Shown one piece after another: positions 26,047-36,239 of a DNA stretch of 64,000 bases; position 1 is the stretch's first letter, and each line of letters starts with the position of its first letter. This DNA comes from Lepidodermella squamata (lineage: Eukaryota > Animalia > Gastrotricha). The notes under the pieces were generated by a model that did not search any database, had not been told where the DNA came from, and saw only the letters and a program-made list of their open reading frames with translations. The DNA lies in NCBI GenBank assembly GCA_047495785.1, contig JBLDXI010000016.1, positions 434,001-498,000 on the forward strand. Reading direction: 5' to 3'. Both the position numbers and the translations under genes were made by a program.

Positions 26047-28802
26047 ATGATCGCATTTTGCTGCTGAAACTCTCATTTTATACTTGAAACCTTAACTTTT
26101 TGGCAACTAAAACATTATAGCATAAATAAAGTTTCTCGGCTGTTAAAGGTAGTATAAATGTTGTATTAATGTTGTTTAGAGTAACGTTCTACAGCAGTCC
26201 AAGACACCCGCAATAATTCCCAGACAGAGTGATTACATGTAATTAAAGGATACGGCTCTAATTTCACAATAAAATTTACTGCGTGTATTGGGCCTAGCAG
26301 CACAGCGCGCCTGATAACCAAAACGTCTAAATGTCATCGAGCAAATGGAAGGGCTATAATCGCTCATATGGTTAAGTACTCGGGGTGCACTTTAGAGCGA
26401 CGCTGTGTCACTGTCGTGAGGACCTGTGCTACAGTGGCACACAAAATATATTGGCGTCGCGCCTTACGAAAAGAATTGGGATGGCTAGACCTAAAGGGCA
26501 AACGAGGCGTTCATTGAGCCACCTTATGTATCGCTGTTTGGTCGACCAAGCCCCCAAGTCCGTACAATCTATTTTTTCAGCAAATCAGGTCATTCGACAA
26601 ACACGTGGTGCCCGACTGACATTCAAAATTCCAAACATGCGGCTGAAAACCGGTCAGATTAGCCTCGCTTATCGGGGTCCTACTTTTTTTAACAAACTTC
26701 CTTTGTACATACATTGTCCTTACCATCGTCCTATTGATATTCTTGCTTATACTGAATTACCTCCGGCTTGTACTTGTGGATTTAATGCTTGCCTCAGCGC
26801 GAACGCGTGCCGTCAAATTGTTTATAAACACCTGATTTCAATGAACGTGTATATAACAAGCTGCTGTCGATCTCAAATAATTGTTGATTTTTTGTACATC
26901 TACTTGACTCTTGAATTCTGAACAGGACCGAATAATCATGACTTGCTGTTACCTTTTTCTCACTGACAATTTTTTTATAATCGAGCTCTCAACTGTGGGA
27001 TAAATGCTCTTAAATAAATTAAATAAATAAATAAAGCCTTATTTGTGAAATTATATTGAGGGTAAAATAAAGGTGTGCGCCGCCACCGTTAACCGGGTCA
27101 TGACCCAGATAACTAGCTCACCGGGCATGGGATGTTGATAGATTTATTACGGCATATCGATCTCGGTTGATTCTCATTGAGAGATCATTGAGAATCGGGG
27201 AGGGGCGAAAAACTATCCCCTCCAAGATGGCTAGGAGGGGAATATAAAGGGGTAGTGACTTGAACCGACGTATACTTCAATGCTCAGCGCAAAGCTGCCA
27301 AAATGAACCAAATTAACGTCCTAGCATGGTTTTTTACTGGATGGAAGTGCGATGACGCAGGCGAATTCAAGGTCACCGACTAATGATATCGATGCGCGAT
27401 CATCGTATTTTTCTGCAGGTCGATCGGATTTTTCAGCGATTCAGGTAATTATTTTGCTCGCAACTGGCTTGACTGCAATCACGTCTACGGCATGGTATAT
27501 AAAGCGCCTTTTTTGAAATTCATCATTGTTCAATTTTGTGATAGGTATAGAAATACTACCAGTGCTACGAAATTAACACGCGAGAGTTTGTCGACTGTCG
27601 CAGATCAACCATGGCTGCCGTGGTAACGAGGTATATAACCATTTCCATCTTCTATCTTCGAGATTTCTCCGCGAGGTATTTTGCAATTTGCTCTTGGGCC
27701 TTTCGATTCGCCATCACAATGCTACGCCAACTTTGAGTTATTAATGGAAAAACATATAGGAGGCAGAATTTTCGCTCTCAAAGCTCCACTTAGCATCAAC
27801 TGTTTTTCCGAGAATTCTTCTACCTAATGATTAATAAGATTTTCTGTGATTTTGCCAACCTCCTACGTTCCGAATTCTCGAACTTGGCTGTCGCGATAGT
27901 ATTCAGGAGGCGCTCATTAATTCAGATGGCATCAAACTCAATCAGCGTTTTTTACCATTTTCCTGTAGTAAAGCTTAATTGGACCATATTCTTAGCTGGG
28001 AGTTATGTCAATACCACCCGGTTAACAGAGATTTTCACATTTTGGACTGGACAGGAACGTTTCTACCATTTTTGGGGGCCTGCACGAAATTCGCAAAGCA
28101 AGTTTTTGTGGAAATCGGCGACATCGGCGGGATGAATAGTGGACCACCTCTCGATCAAATCTGAACCCTCTGACAAGAAAAATGAGTGACATTGGATGCA
28201 AAATAGCATTTTTCGAAAATGAACTTTTTCACCAAAAAATTTCAAGAAATATTTTTATTACCAATTTCTATAATTTATCTAAATTAAACGAGGATTTAGG
28301 GAAAGTTTACAACAGACTAGATCTATCGACTGGTGAAGCACGCTCCAAGAAATTCCTCTTGATTACGGATTTATTGAAAACTGCGAGGCAAAATAATTAT
28401 CATCCGTACTTTATATTAATCATAATGAATTCAAGACCTCAGTTAATTCAAATTCGTGATTGGTTAATTCAACTCTACATGTTTTTGTTCCTTTCAAGTC
28501 ATATAACACCCGCTATTCTAGTTTCGCCTTCAATTATGATTCTCCTTTTCACAAAGCCAGTTCCTTACTCCTGATAATTCGCATAATGGAAGTTAAAAGA
28601 GCTAAAATTTAAGCTAAGTGTTGTGAACAAAAAAATAATCATCCACTACTTTTTATGGGCTCAATTTTATCGAAACCACAGCTCCATTCAAATTAAAGCC
28701 AAGCACGCGATCCTATTTATAAAACTACTTGTGATTATTTTCTTCATCAAAAACAGGCCATCAAATCGTTTGCTTTTCTATTACATCGTTTCGAATTAAC
28801 AA

Positions 28803-29405
28803 ATGTGCAGCAAATTCGTTAGCTACGAAGCTTGCAACGACGGCAAAGTGCAAGTAACCGACAAAGTTCTATTCGGCGACCTGACGGACGTTGATTTGAA
28901 GCACGCTGATGCCGAGCCGGAGCCATCTCAAGGCGGGACCATCATCTTCACCCTCCGCCGCTCAACCCAAGCACGCCCAGGCAATTATCTACATGGAAAA
29001 GTTCACGTAAGTGACGGTAAAAACAACAGCTGGTTTCATGTCGTTCACCACGAAGAAATCGATGGGAAAAAGCTTGGGGAGCTTCTTCTATCCCTCGAAG
29101 GTTACAGTGGGCTGAGAATGGAGAACGTCTGGAGTCGTTACGACTGGTGCCACGAACGCAATTGGGGCGATTTGGAGGACAGAAGTGTTTACTTCCGCCC
29201 TGTTGCCAAGAAAGGCGAATTCAAGCTGAGTGAAGACTGTATCGAGGGCGATTGGCACTACGGCGCTAAGCTAACCGACCCGAAAACTGGCCTGGCGTAT
29301 GCCTACATTTTCGGCGATGCCCTGGTCAATGAAGAGCTGTCGGATGAAGTCGAAGGCCGGAAGAAGACTGACTTCAAAATCGATCCGAGTCCTCTTACGG
29401 CTTGA
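28803..29405 (+). CDS. Intronless 200-aa protein of unknown family
   Basis: Clean ORF with coding-like composition, TATAAAA at about 28718, AATAAA at about 29479, no signal peptide. Confidence 0.7.
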   Translation: MCSKFVSYEACNDGKVQVTDKVLFGDLTDVDLKHADAEPEPSQGGTIIFTLRRSTQARPGNYLHGKVHVSDGKNNSWFHVVHHEEIDGKKLGELLLSLEGYSGLRMENVWSRYDWCHERNWGDLEDRSVYFRPVAKKGEFKLSEDCIEGDWHYGAKLTDPKTGLAYAYIFGDALVNEELSDEVEGRKKTDFKIDPSPLTA

Positions 29406-29669
29406 TTGAAAGTTGAGATGCATTCTCCTTTTGCGATAGCCTCCATTTTTCGTCGTTTCATGAATTATTCAAAATCATAATAAAACGAAACAAAGCCTTG
29501 TGTTTATTTGCTAACCTGTGTTATTGATTTTCGATCAAAAAACCGTACGGGAGGGATTATCGACGATTGCACGTGTGCAGGCCAGAATATTGAATAACGG
29601 CATTGTTAGCTCTAGCTCAAAGTGTCAAAACGCCGGCTCATTTTCGTGTTTTTTAGTCGCCAAGCGTCA

Positions 29670-30383
29670 ATGGACAGAAAGCCGGTTGTCGATCGCAAAA
29701 ATTTAGCTCGTAGTCTTTTTGCCACTAACAAAGCGTTCAGCAGGCCTGGTGATGCTCTCCGTGAGTATTTTGGCGAGTATGTTGTCAAGGCGGATGAGAA
29801 TGAGTACGGCAAGCTGAACAATATCACTGTGGAAGATCTGGCAGATTCAACCTCGAAAATTGGCATCTATTTCGCTGCGCATTACTGCCTTCATTGCCAG
29901 AGATTCACATCGAAATTACTACAGTTCTACCGAAAAGCTCGGGAGACGAACCCGAACGCATTAGAGATCGTTCTAGTTTGCCCTGAGAAAAACGAAGACG
30001 AGTAAGTTTTAGAGGAAAATTTAGGATTTCAGATGTTTTACTTTGAACCAACAGCTTCAGGGAATACGTGACTTCATTACCTTGGCCAGCCATCGATTTC
30101 AAGCAGTTTTACGCAAGGGTTAGTAGACCGTCGATCCTCATCTAAAGATTGCTAACCACCCTGATTCATAATTACAGGAAATTCTCGCCGAAAAGTTTGC
30201 TGTAACCAGACGACCGTACCTGGCGTTCATCCACCCTAAAACTGGCGAGGTGAGATTATTTTTACAAATTTCATCAATTTTCGTAATCGGTATTGGTTCT
30301 TCTAGGTCCTTGAATTGAATGGCCTGTATGTTGTAGACAAAGACTTTGGAGCAAAACCAGCTGTATCAGCTCCAACAGAATAA
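29670..30383 (+). CDS. Nucleoredoxin/tryparedoxin-like thioredoxin-fold protein (CLHC active site)
   Basis: IGIYFAAHYCLHCQRFTSKL...LEIVLV...F.EY...PW.AI...LAEKFAV..RP.L. Exons 29670-30001, 30055-30118, 30178-30249, 30306-30383, all GT-AG and in frame. An upstream exon is possible (acceptor at 29656). Confidence 0.85.
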
Positions 30384-30520
30384 CTCACGACTCCTCGCTT
30401 TCTTTTAGGGTCATTTTTATTGTAAAATTTGAATACAATTCATATCACATGATCGTAGTATTAGAGGAATAAATTGAAGTGACGTGCCTGCTACTTTGAG
30501 CAATAGTCGTTTCTTTCTCA

Positions 30521-32934
30521 CTACTGATACGTGTTTATGACTTTTTGTATCCAGTGTAGATAAGAGCTGACCCTGGTGTAGACCCCGGGCGAGCCTCGTT
30601 TCGCGCAACCCTTGCCCCAAGATACGACGCCATGCAGCTCCCAGCGTCCGTTGATGAAACAGGCCAGAGGACCGCCGTTATCACCCCGGCAGTTATCGAC
30701 CCCGCCCCGCTCATAGCCGGCACATATCATGCTTTCAGTCACGTGCTGGCTGTAATAGGAGTTCATCGCTCTACATTCGTCGTTTTTGATCAGCGGCACT
30801 TGGGCTTCATTCAAAAATCCCAACGTATCTATAGGAAGAGATCAATTTCAAAATGTCTGGATTTCTAGGTCAAAAAATTTTCACCTGTGTTGTTTGTGTC
30901 ACCCCAGCCAATGATATAGCAAAGTTCCCGTCCATTTAGCGTGGTCGATGGCGGGCAGATAGGAGCAGCCAATTTCCCGAACGGTATCTTCTGCTCCACC
31001 TTGACCAAGGCTATGTCGAATTCTTTTGAATTTCGGCCCTTGCCGTACCTGTAATGAGTAAGGATCATTTCAACGGATGGCTTCAGAATCATAGACCGGT
31101 AGTCCCAGCCAATGTTGTTGTCGAGGTCTGATGTGTGTTTTCCAATGCTGACTTCCCAGCCTGAAATGTGTTTTCGCTCGTTTTTGAAGCAATGAGCCGC
31201 AGTTAGCAGCCATCCTGTGAAAAATAGTAGCATAACTTCAAAATTCGAATTATTTATTTAATTAACATATACTTAATTTGAAAAAATTCTGAGAAAATTA
31301 CTGAGAAAAAGCAATTACTTACTCTCACTCAAGATTGTTGCAGCACAAATCGGGTAGCCGAAGAATGAGAGCATAGCGATCCAGGGCCACGATCCTGGCC
31401 GTGCGATATTTCCGCCAACTACCCGCTTCTTTCTCGATAGTAGCGTAATGGTCATATTTGCTGGCATCGTACTCTGCTGCTCATTCGGCGGCGAATGGGT
31501 TGACATTTCTTCCTGCTGAGCAACTGCTTTCACTAAGTGATTCGGCCGAAACATGGGCGGGAGAGGGAAAACCGGGTTAGGATGGGGCGGTTTCCGAAAT
31601 GGAGGCATCATATTAGGAGGATGAGGTGTCATTTTTGGCGGTGGCGGGGGCGGGAAGGTTGGCGGAAAAGAGGGCGGAGCTTGTTGATACATTGACTGCC
31701 CATCTTCTGGTGAGAAAAGCGACTTGCCACACGCCTGCATATCAGCATGGAAAACTTCAGATGCCATCACGGCGTAGTACTCAAAGTCGAACCCAGCGGC
31801 GATTTCAGTCGAAGTCGACCGGAACAACAGATCCATTCGATCCGTGGCGAAAGCCTTCTGCCACAGGTCGATTTGCGGCAATTTTATCTCGCAATAACTA
31901 GAGACCTTAGTCATATTCTCCTGCTGATCGACAAATGACACGTCTAGAACATTGGCTTGACACGGAGCTGCGGATTTGTCAATCTCAAAGCGAGGAATTC
32001 GGTACTTAAAGTAACTCAACGATTGACCGGCTTGTAGTTTGGGTTCAAGAATCCAGTGGCACCAAACTGAAGAGTTTCCAGGCTGGGCGAAACGAATTTT
32101 CCCGGAATGACCGGTTAAAACGAGACCATGATCGGAAAAACACGCCTGTTCGTAACGCTCCGACATGTTGTTAGCTTCATAAGAGGTCGCGACTAAATCA
32201 GTCTCGGAGTAAGTCTCATCCTGAAGAACAATCCGCTTTAAAGTCCTGTCCCCTTCTGGAGCGGCGACTTGCAAATCAGATTGCGTGAAAACCCCAGTCA
32301 AGGCCTCGTAAAATATGCGGAAACCTCGAAATTGCTGCTGCAGTTTAGCATGGATCAGAATATGAGTGCCTGGATTCAGTGGAATGTTGAACCCTGAGAC
32401 CCATCCCTTCCCGCAAAATTCAGCGATAACTTGGCGGGAGTGGTCGTCATTGACCAGGTAAAAGCGTAGGAAATTCCAACCGCAGTGATAGCCAGGGTTG
32501 AGAAACTTCTCGTTCGTCTCGTCATAGTACGGCTCGCGAGGGATGTCGAGGCCCTCAAAATTGAACGCCACCAGCTCGATCTCATCGTTAATTTTCGAAT
32601 TCGGCTTTTGCGTCCTTTCCGGCGCAATAATTTTCCACTTACAAATCACAGGTAACGGATAGTCGGACGTAGCATTTTCCATTGGCCACGATTTTCGAAA
32701 TTCTTCATGTGATGTCAAAAAACCACGTGGCGAGTCGGCCAAGTTGAGCACTGTAGGCTCGGTTGAGTTAATTTGGGTGCAGTAAGTCTCGTAGGCCCTT
32801 GAACGCTGCTCCTCTCGAAGTAGGAACATTCGCATTCTAGCAGCAGCTGCAGGGGACATTTCCGTGTGACCTCCATTTTCAAAGCTATGAGAAAATCCGA
32901 TAATGGCTACGGCTAAGAAAAATCTTAGGATCAT
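30521..32934 (-). CDS. Secreted CUB-CUB-Pro-rich-trypsin (S1A) protease homologue with catalytic Ser->Asn
   Basis: Signal [17 protein letters not shown]; two CUB-like domains; RKKR|VVGG activation site; TAAHC and DIAL present, but GDNGGP instead of GDSGGP. Exons 32934-31323, 31214-30885, 30828-30521. Confidence 0.9.
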
Positions 32935-33099
32935 CTTGTTTTCGGCTACAAATGTGAAATTGTGGTTTATTAATGCAACAAGGGACGCTACGACTCGCCT
33001 ATTGTCTATTGTTGCAGCTTCCATTCATTTGACTCAGTTTCATTGAAAATTCACATTTTCATTCATATCGATAACAATGGGCGCAAACCGCAATTAAGG

Positions 33100-33860
33100 C
33101 GGGGCGTTTTTTCTTTTATAAGTCCCATCGCGTCCCTGGACCGGTCCGCTATGTAATGACAAGCGTAATAGTGGGCCTTGAGTAAACATATATATAGGAG
33201 AGGCCAAATAACAAAAAAACAAGGCAAATAAAGACGCGCCTATATGTTAAGTGACCGCTGTCCGCTGTATCAATAGCGCGCGGTGGTAATGTGCGCGCAA
33301 AAATAGAAAATCAAATATACCGCTCGCGCTCGCGCGTTATCAATTAATATTAGTTACGCATCAAATGTAGCGCGCGCCGTAATGGAGTGACGATGACGCG
33401 TTTTAGGTGTGCGACTGTTTTTTTGTTATTCTGAACCGCCGGTCTCAAAACTGATACAGCGAAAACAACAACACGTCTTACGGGAAGTCATTTCCAGTGT
33501 AAGCGCAGCACTTAGCCCGCGCCGTCTCACCTCTACCAGATGGCATACCGTAAAAACCCGAAAACCCCGAAATTACCAAAAAATTACCAAAAATTCTGAA
33601 AAAATCTAGAAAAATCCAGAAATACTCAAAACATTGATCGAATTATTCGAAATCACTTCCAGTGGTTCTGATTCAACGACAGAGCCAATGAAAAATTTTC
33701 AGGGCAAAAAACACTTATGTTAGGGCGAGAAAAAACAACTGGGCAGTGTCTTGAGGCTAGGGATACGCCGCATAATAGCATTTTCGTTTTTGTAAGCGAG
33801 TCGCAGAATAAAGACAGAATAAAAGGCAACAAAGCCAGGGAAATATAGGTAAGTCAACAA
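33100..33860. promoter_or_regulatory. Head-to-head intergenic region between the protease homologue and the first structural gene
   Basis: Minus-strand TATAAAA at about 33115-33121, a cluster of GCGCGC motifs at 33277-33375, and a 5'UTR intron of the plus-strand gene at 33849-33907. Confidence 0.4.
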
Positions 33861-33936
33861 CAACAGCGGCTTGTTTGTAAACCGCCTTTGCTCATTGTTT
33901 TACCCAGATTCGAATCATCCAGTTTTGCTTACTGCA

Positions 33937-35163
33937 ATGGCGCCACGTGTCGCCGCTTTAATCATGTTTATCGGCTTATGCGGCGCCCAGCCTCTGATCA
34001 ACGTACCATCGATGCCTGTCCCGCCCTCACCGACTATGTTCACCTACAAGGGTAACCCCCAATTCGGCACAACGGTCGAAAAGACCGAGACTTCAACGGT
34101 TAGACAAGCGAAAATGGACGATACGCAATACAGGGTGCAGAAACTTCAGAAGGCTTCTACAACTCAGAGCCCCCAGGAGGTCTATCTGAGCGAGTTGATC
34201 AAACGACAACTCCAGAATGCTGAGAATGGGAAAATTCCTAACCCCGATGAAGTAGCTGGTATGGCGTCCCAGGGAGCAGCTGCTGTTCTTGCGATGCGGG
34301 AGCCCTCTGCTAGCTCCGAGGTGCCGTCGAGAGTTGGATATCCCCGTGGAATGCAGGGTATGTATGGATCTCAGGCTGGCTACAACCCTATGAGTAGCTA
34401 TCTGAGGAATGGCGCTAGTCAAGGCCCGTCTTACCGTAACGGTTACGAGAGTCCGTCGAGCTACATGTACCCTAATAGGTTCATGTCGCCCTACGCTGGG
34501 GCACAGCAGGGCTACGGCCAAGCTAGCCACCACTACAGCCCTCACGAGACAGCCAATGCTGTGGAAAGGGGTATGCCTCAACAACTCCCTGGAGCTGGGA
34601 TGAATCCTTGGTCCAGGTATGGCAGCGCCTCGGCTCACCAACGTGGTCCGGCTATGATGGGCTCTGGATCACCCTACCATCAGCACCAGCCGCACCACAT
34701 GAACCCCTCTCATCAGCAGCAAAATATGTGGATGAAACCGCCAACAGAGCAGACTCAGACCTACATGCGCGCCCCGCCAGTCCCTCAACAACAACCCCCG
34801 GTCGGTAATGCTGGTCAGGTTTCGTTTGTCCGAGACCGGGATCGTGAGTATCTCGAGCGGTTGGAGAGTGAGCCGACCCTCCAGGCCCTGAATGGTGCTA
34901 GCTTGTTCGAGATCGAAAATGGCGCCCAACCGCAACCCAGCCCTCAGAACTACGCAACAGCTTTCGGCGCGCACCCGTACACCCAGGGTGGTCGTTACGC
35001 TGGTATGTTGGCAAACGGCGAGCCGGAAAATTCTGGTCTAGCTGGTATGACTGGTCTGGGCTACGCTGGTCTGGCCGGCAGTTACTTCGCCTCGCCCCAA
35101 CAAGCCGAAATGCAACAGCCACAGCAACAACCGCCTCAACAACCTAACCCAGGCTATTGGTGA
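33937..35163 (+). CDS. Secreted low-complexity Q/P/G/S/Y/M-rich protein (408 aa)
   Basis: Signal MAPRVAALIMFIGLCGA; single coding exon; contains YLSELIKRQL; AATAAA at about 35347. Confidence 0.85.
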   Translation: MAPRVAALIMFIGLCGAQPLINVPSMPVPPSPTMFTYKGNPQFGTTVEKTETSTVRQAKMDDTQYRVQKLQKASTTQSPQEVYLSELIKRQLQNAENGKIPNPDEVAGMASQGAAAVLAMREPSASSEVPSRVGYPRGMQGMYGSQAGYNPMSSYLRNGASQGPSYRNGYESPSSYMYPNRFMSPYAGAQQGYGQASHHYSPHETANAVERGMPQQLPGAGMNPWSRYGSASAHQRGPAMMGSGSPYHQHQPHHMNPSHQQQNMWMKPPTEQTQTYMRAPPVPQQQPPVGNAGQVSFVRDRDREYLERLESEPTLQALNGASLFEIENGAQPQPSPQNYATAFGAHPYTQGGRYAGMLANGEPENSGLAGMTGLGYAGLAGSYFASPQQAEMQQPQQQPPQQPNPGYW

Positions 35164-36239
35164 AACATCAAAAAGTTACCTGATAATGATATGACTTAAT
35201 GATTTTCAAAGAAATCTGTGTGATGAAATCATATGTTTACCTCTAACGCAAATCCAGCGCGATGATGACTCGCGATAAAATATTTTTGAAATTTACTCGA
35301 TATTTTCAGGTATATTCCATTCACTCTTTTTCTGATAAGCCTCAAAATAAAACGCTTATGTGAGCATCATCATTGTCTCTTTACCGCCAAAGAAATCAAG
35401 GGAAAAGCTGATGAGTATTAGAGAGTCCGGAAATCTGACCTAATTCCACAAAGCCACGGCACAGCAATGGCGCATTGTAAAATGACCTATTTATGGACAA
35501 TTATTTTGACGAACTTTGGTGGGAAATATAAAGGAGTTCATTCAGTGCTTAATCAAAAGTCTTGATTCTGATAAGATTGGTACAAATCCGAAAGGGAAGC
35601 TAAGAACTTTAACTAATGCTGTATCGTGGCGTCTGAAAGCTTGTCCTCGTTTGCTTAATGGCTTAATTGCTGTAGCCGGACGATAGCATTAGCCTGTACC
35701 ATAACAAATACTGCTCTGCACTAAGAATAGCCGGACAATGGCCGGCGTGGCAAAAAATGAACCGCTACTGTTTGTTGTAAGCAAATGCCAAAAAGCCTGA
35801 CCCGGCCGGACACTCGAGCTAACGGCCGGCTCGTCGAGGTGACCGGTAACAGCCACTCGACGGCGTTCAAGGGCCTATCAATTGCTGGGCAATGGACCCA
35901 ATTTACGTGTTAAGCAAATTGTAACATTGACTACCGTATCCACCTTAATAAATCGATCGGCTGATAACTAACATAAATCACCACGATTTTCACTCAAATA
36001 AATTTGTGCCCAGATAATTTTGACCTACTTCACGGAGACATGTTTCCAATGTGTTGTAGTCACTCATTTTTGCGATGAAATTGTTAGTTTCTCAGGGGAA
36101 ATTTTGCGGCCCAGAAGGGTGTGGCAATGATTAGTTGCCATGATCAGTGTCTAATGGCCCGGTCCCGCCTTTATAAGCCAGGCGTAAACAAGTAAGGCGT
36201 GACAAACAAGTCGAATTTACTTCCTATTGCAATAAAAAA

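Larger units (their letters stand above)
21414..26463. mobile_element. Zator-type DNA transposon, 5,050 bp, two genes
   Basis: 144-bp TIRs (21414-21557 and 26320-26463, 2 mismatches) starting GGCGCG; 3-bp TSD TTA. Removing the element restores the LINE frame (AAG GCC TTA CGA AAA). Transposase motifs are Zator/TP36-like. Confidence 0.88.
19500..27035 (+). mobile_element. Degenerate APE-type non-LTR retrotransposon (CR1/L2 group), split by the Zator insertion
   Basis: 2A-like LLLRSGDINLNPGP; APE motifs (FNLRGL, GGGVGILV, CVYRP, GDFN); internal deletion near 20460; RT (QFGFR, IDMSKAFD, GVPQASVLGPLLF, YADD). The reading ...HADIKAL resumes as RKELGWL...LMYRCL...RGPTFFNKLP after 26463. (TAAA)n tail at 27011-27035. 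The 5' end is approximate. Confidence 0.9.

Noticed and set aside
21414-26463. PIF/Harbinger assignment (TTA TSD, GG ends, two ORFs)
   Set aside because: The transposase motifs (SxDxKxxIxIG, DHDF, DGGxD, SAFNPVER) are Zator/TP36-like, and no Myb/SANT domain is evident in ORF2.
27090-27116. Helitron 3' end (GGGTCATGACCC hairpin followed by CTAG)
   Set aside because: CTAG is followed by C rather than T, no matching 5' TC end was found, and the homologous site at 17640-17665 lacks it; insufficient to classify.
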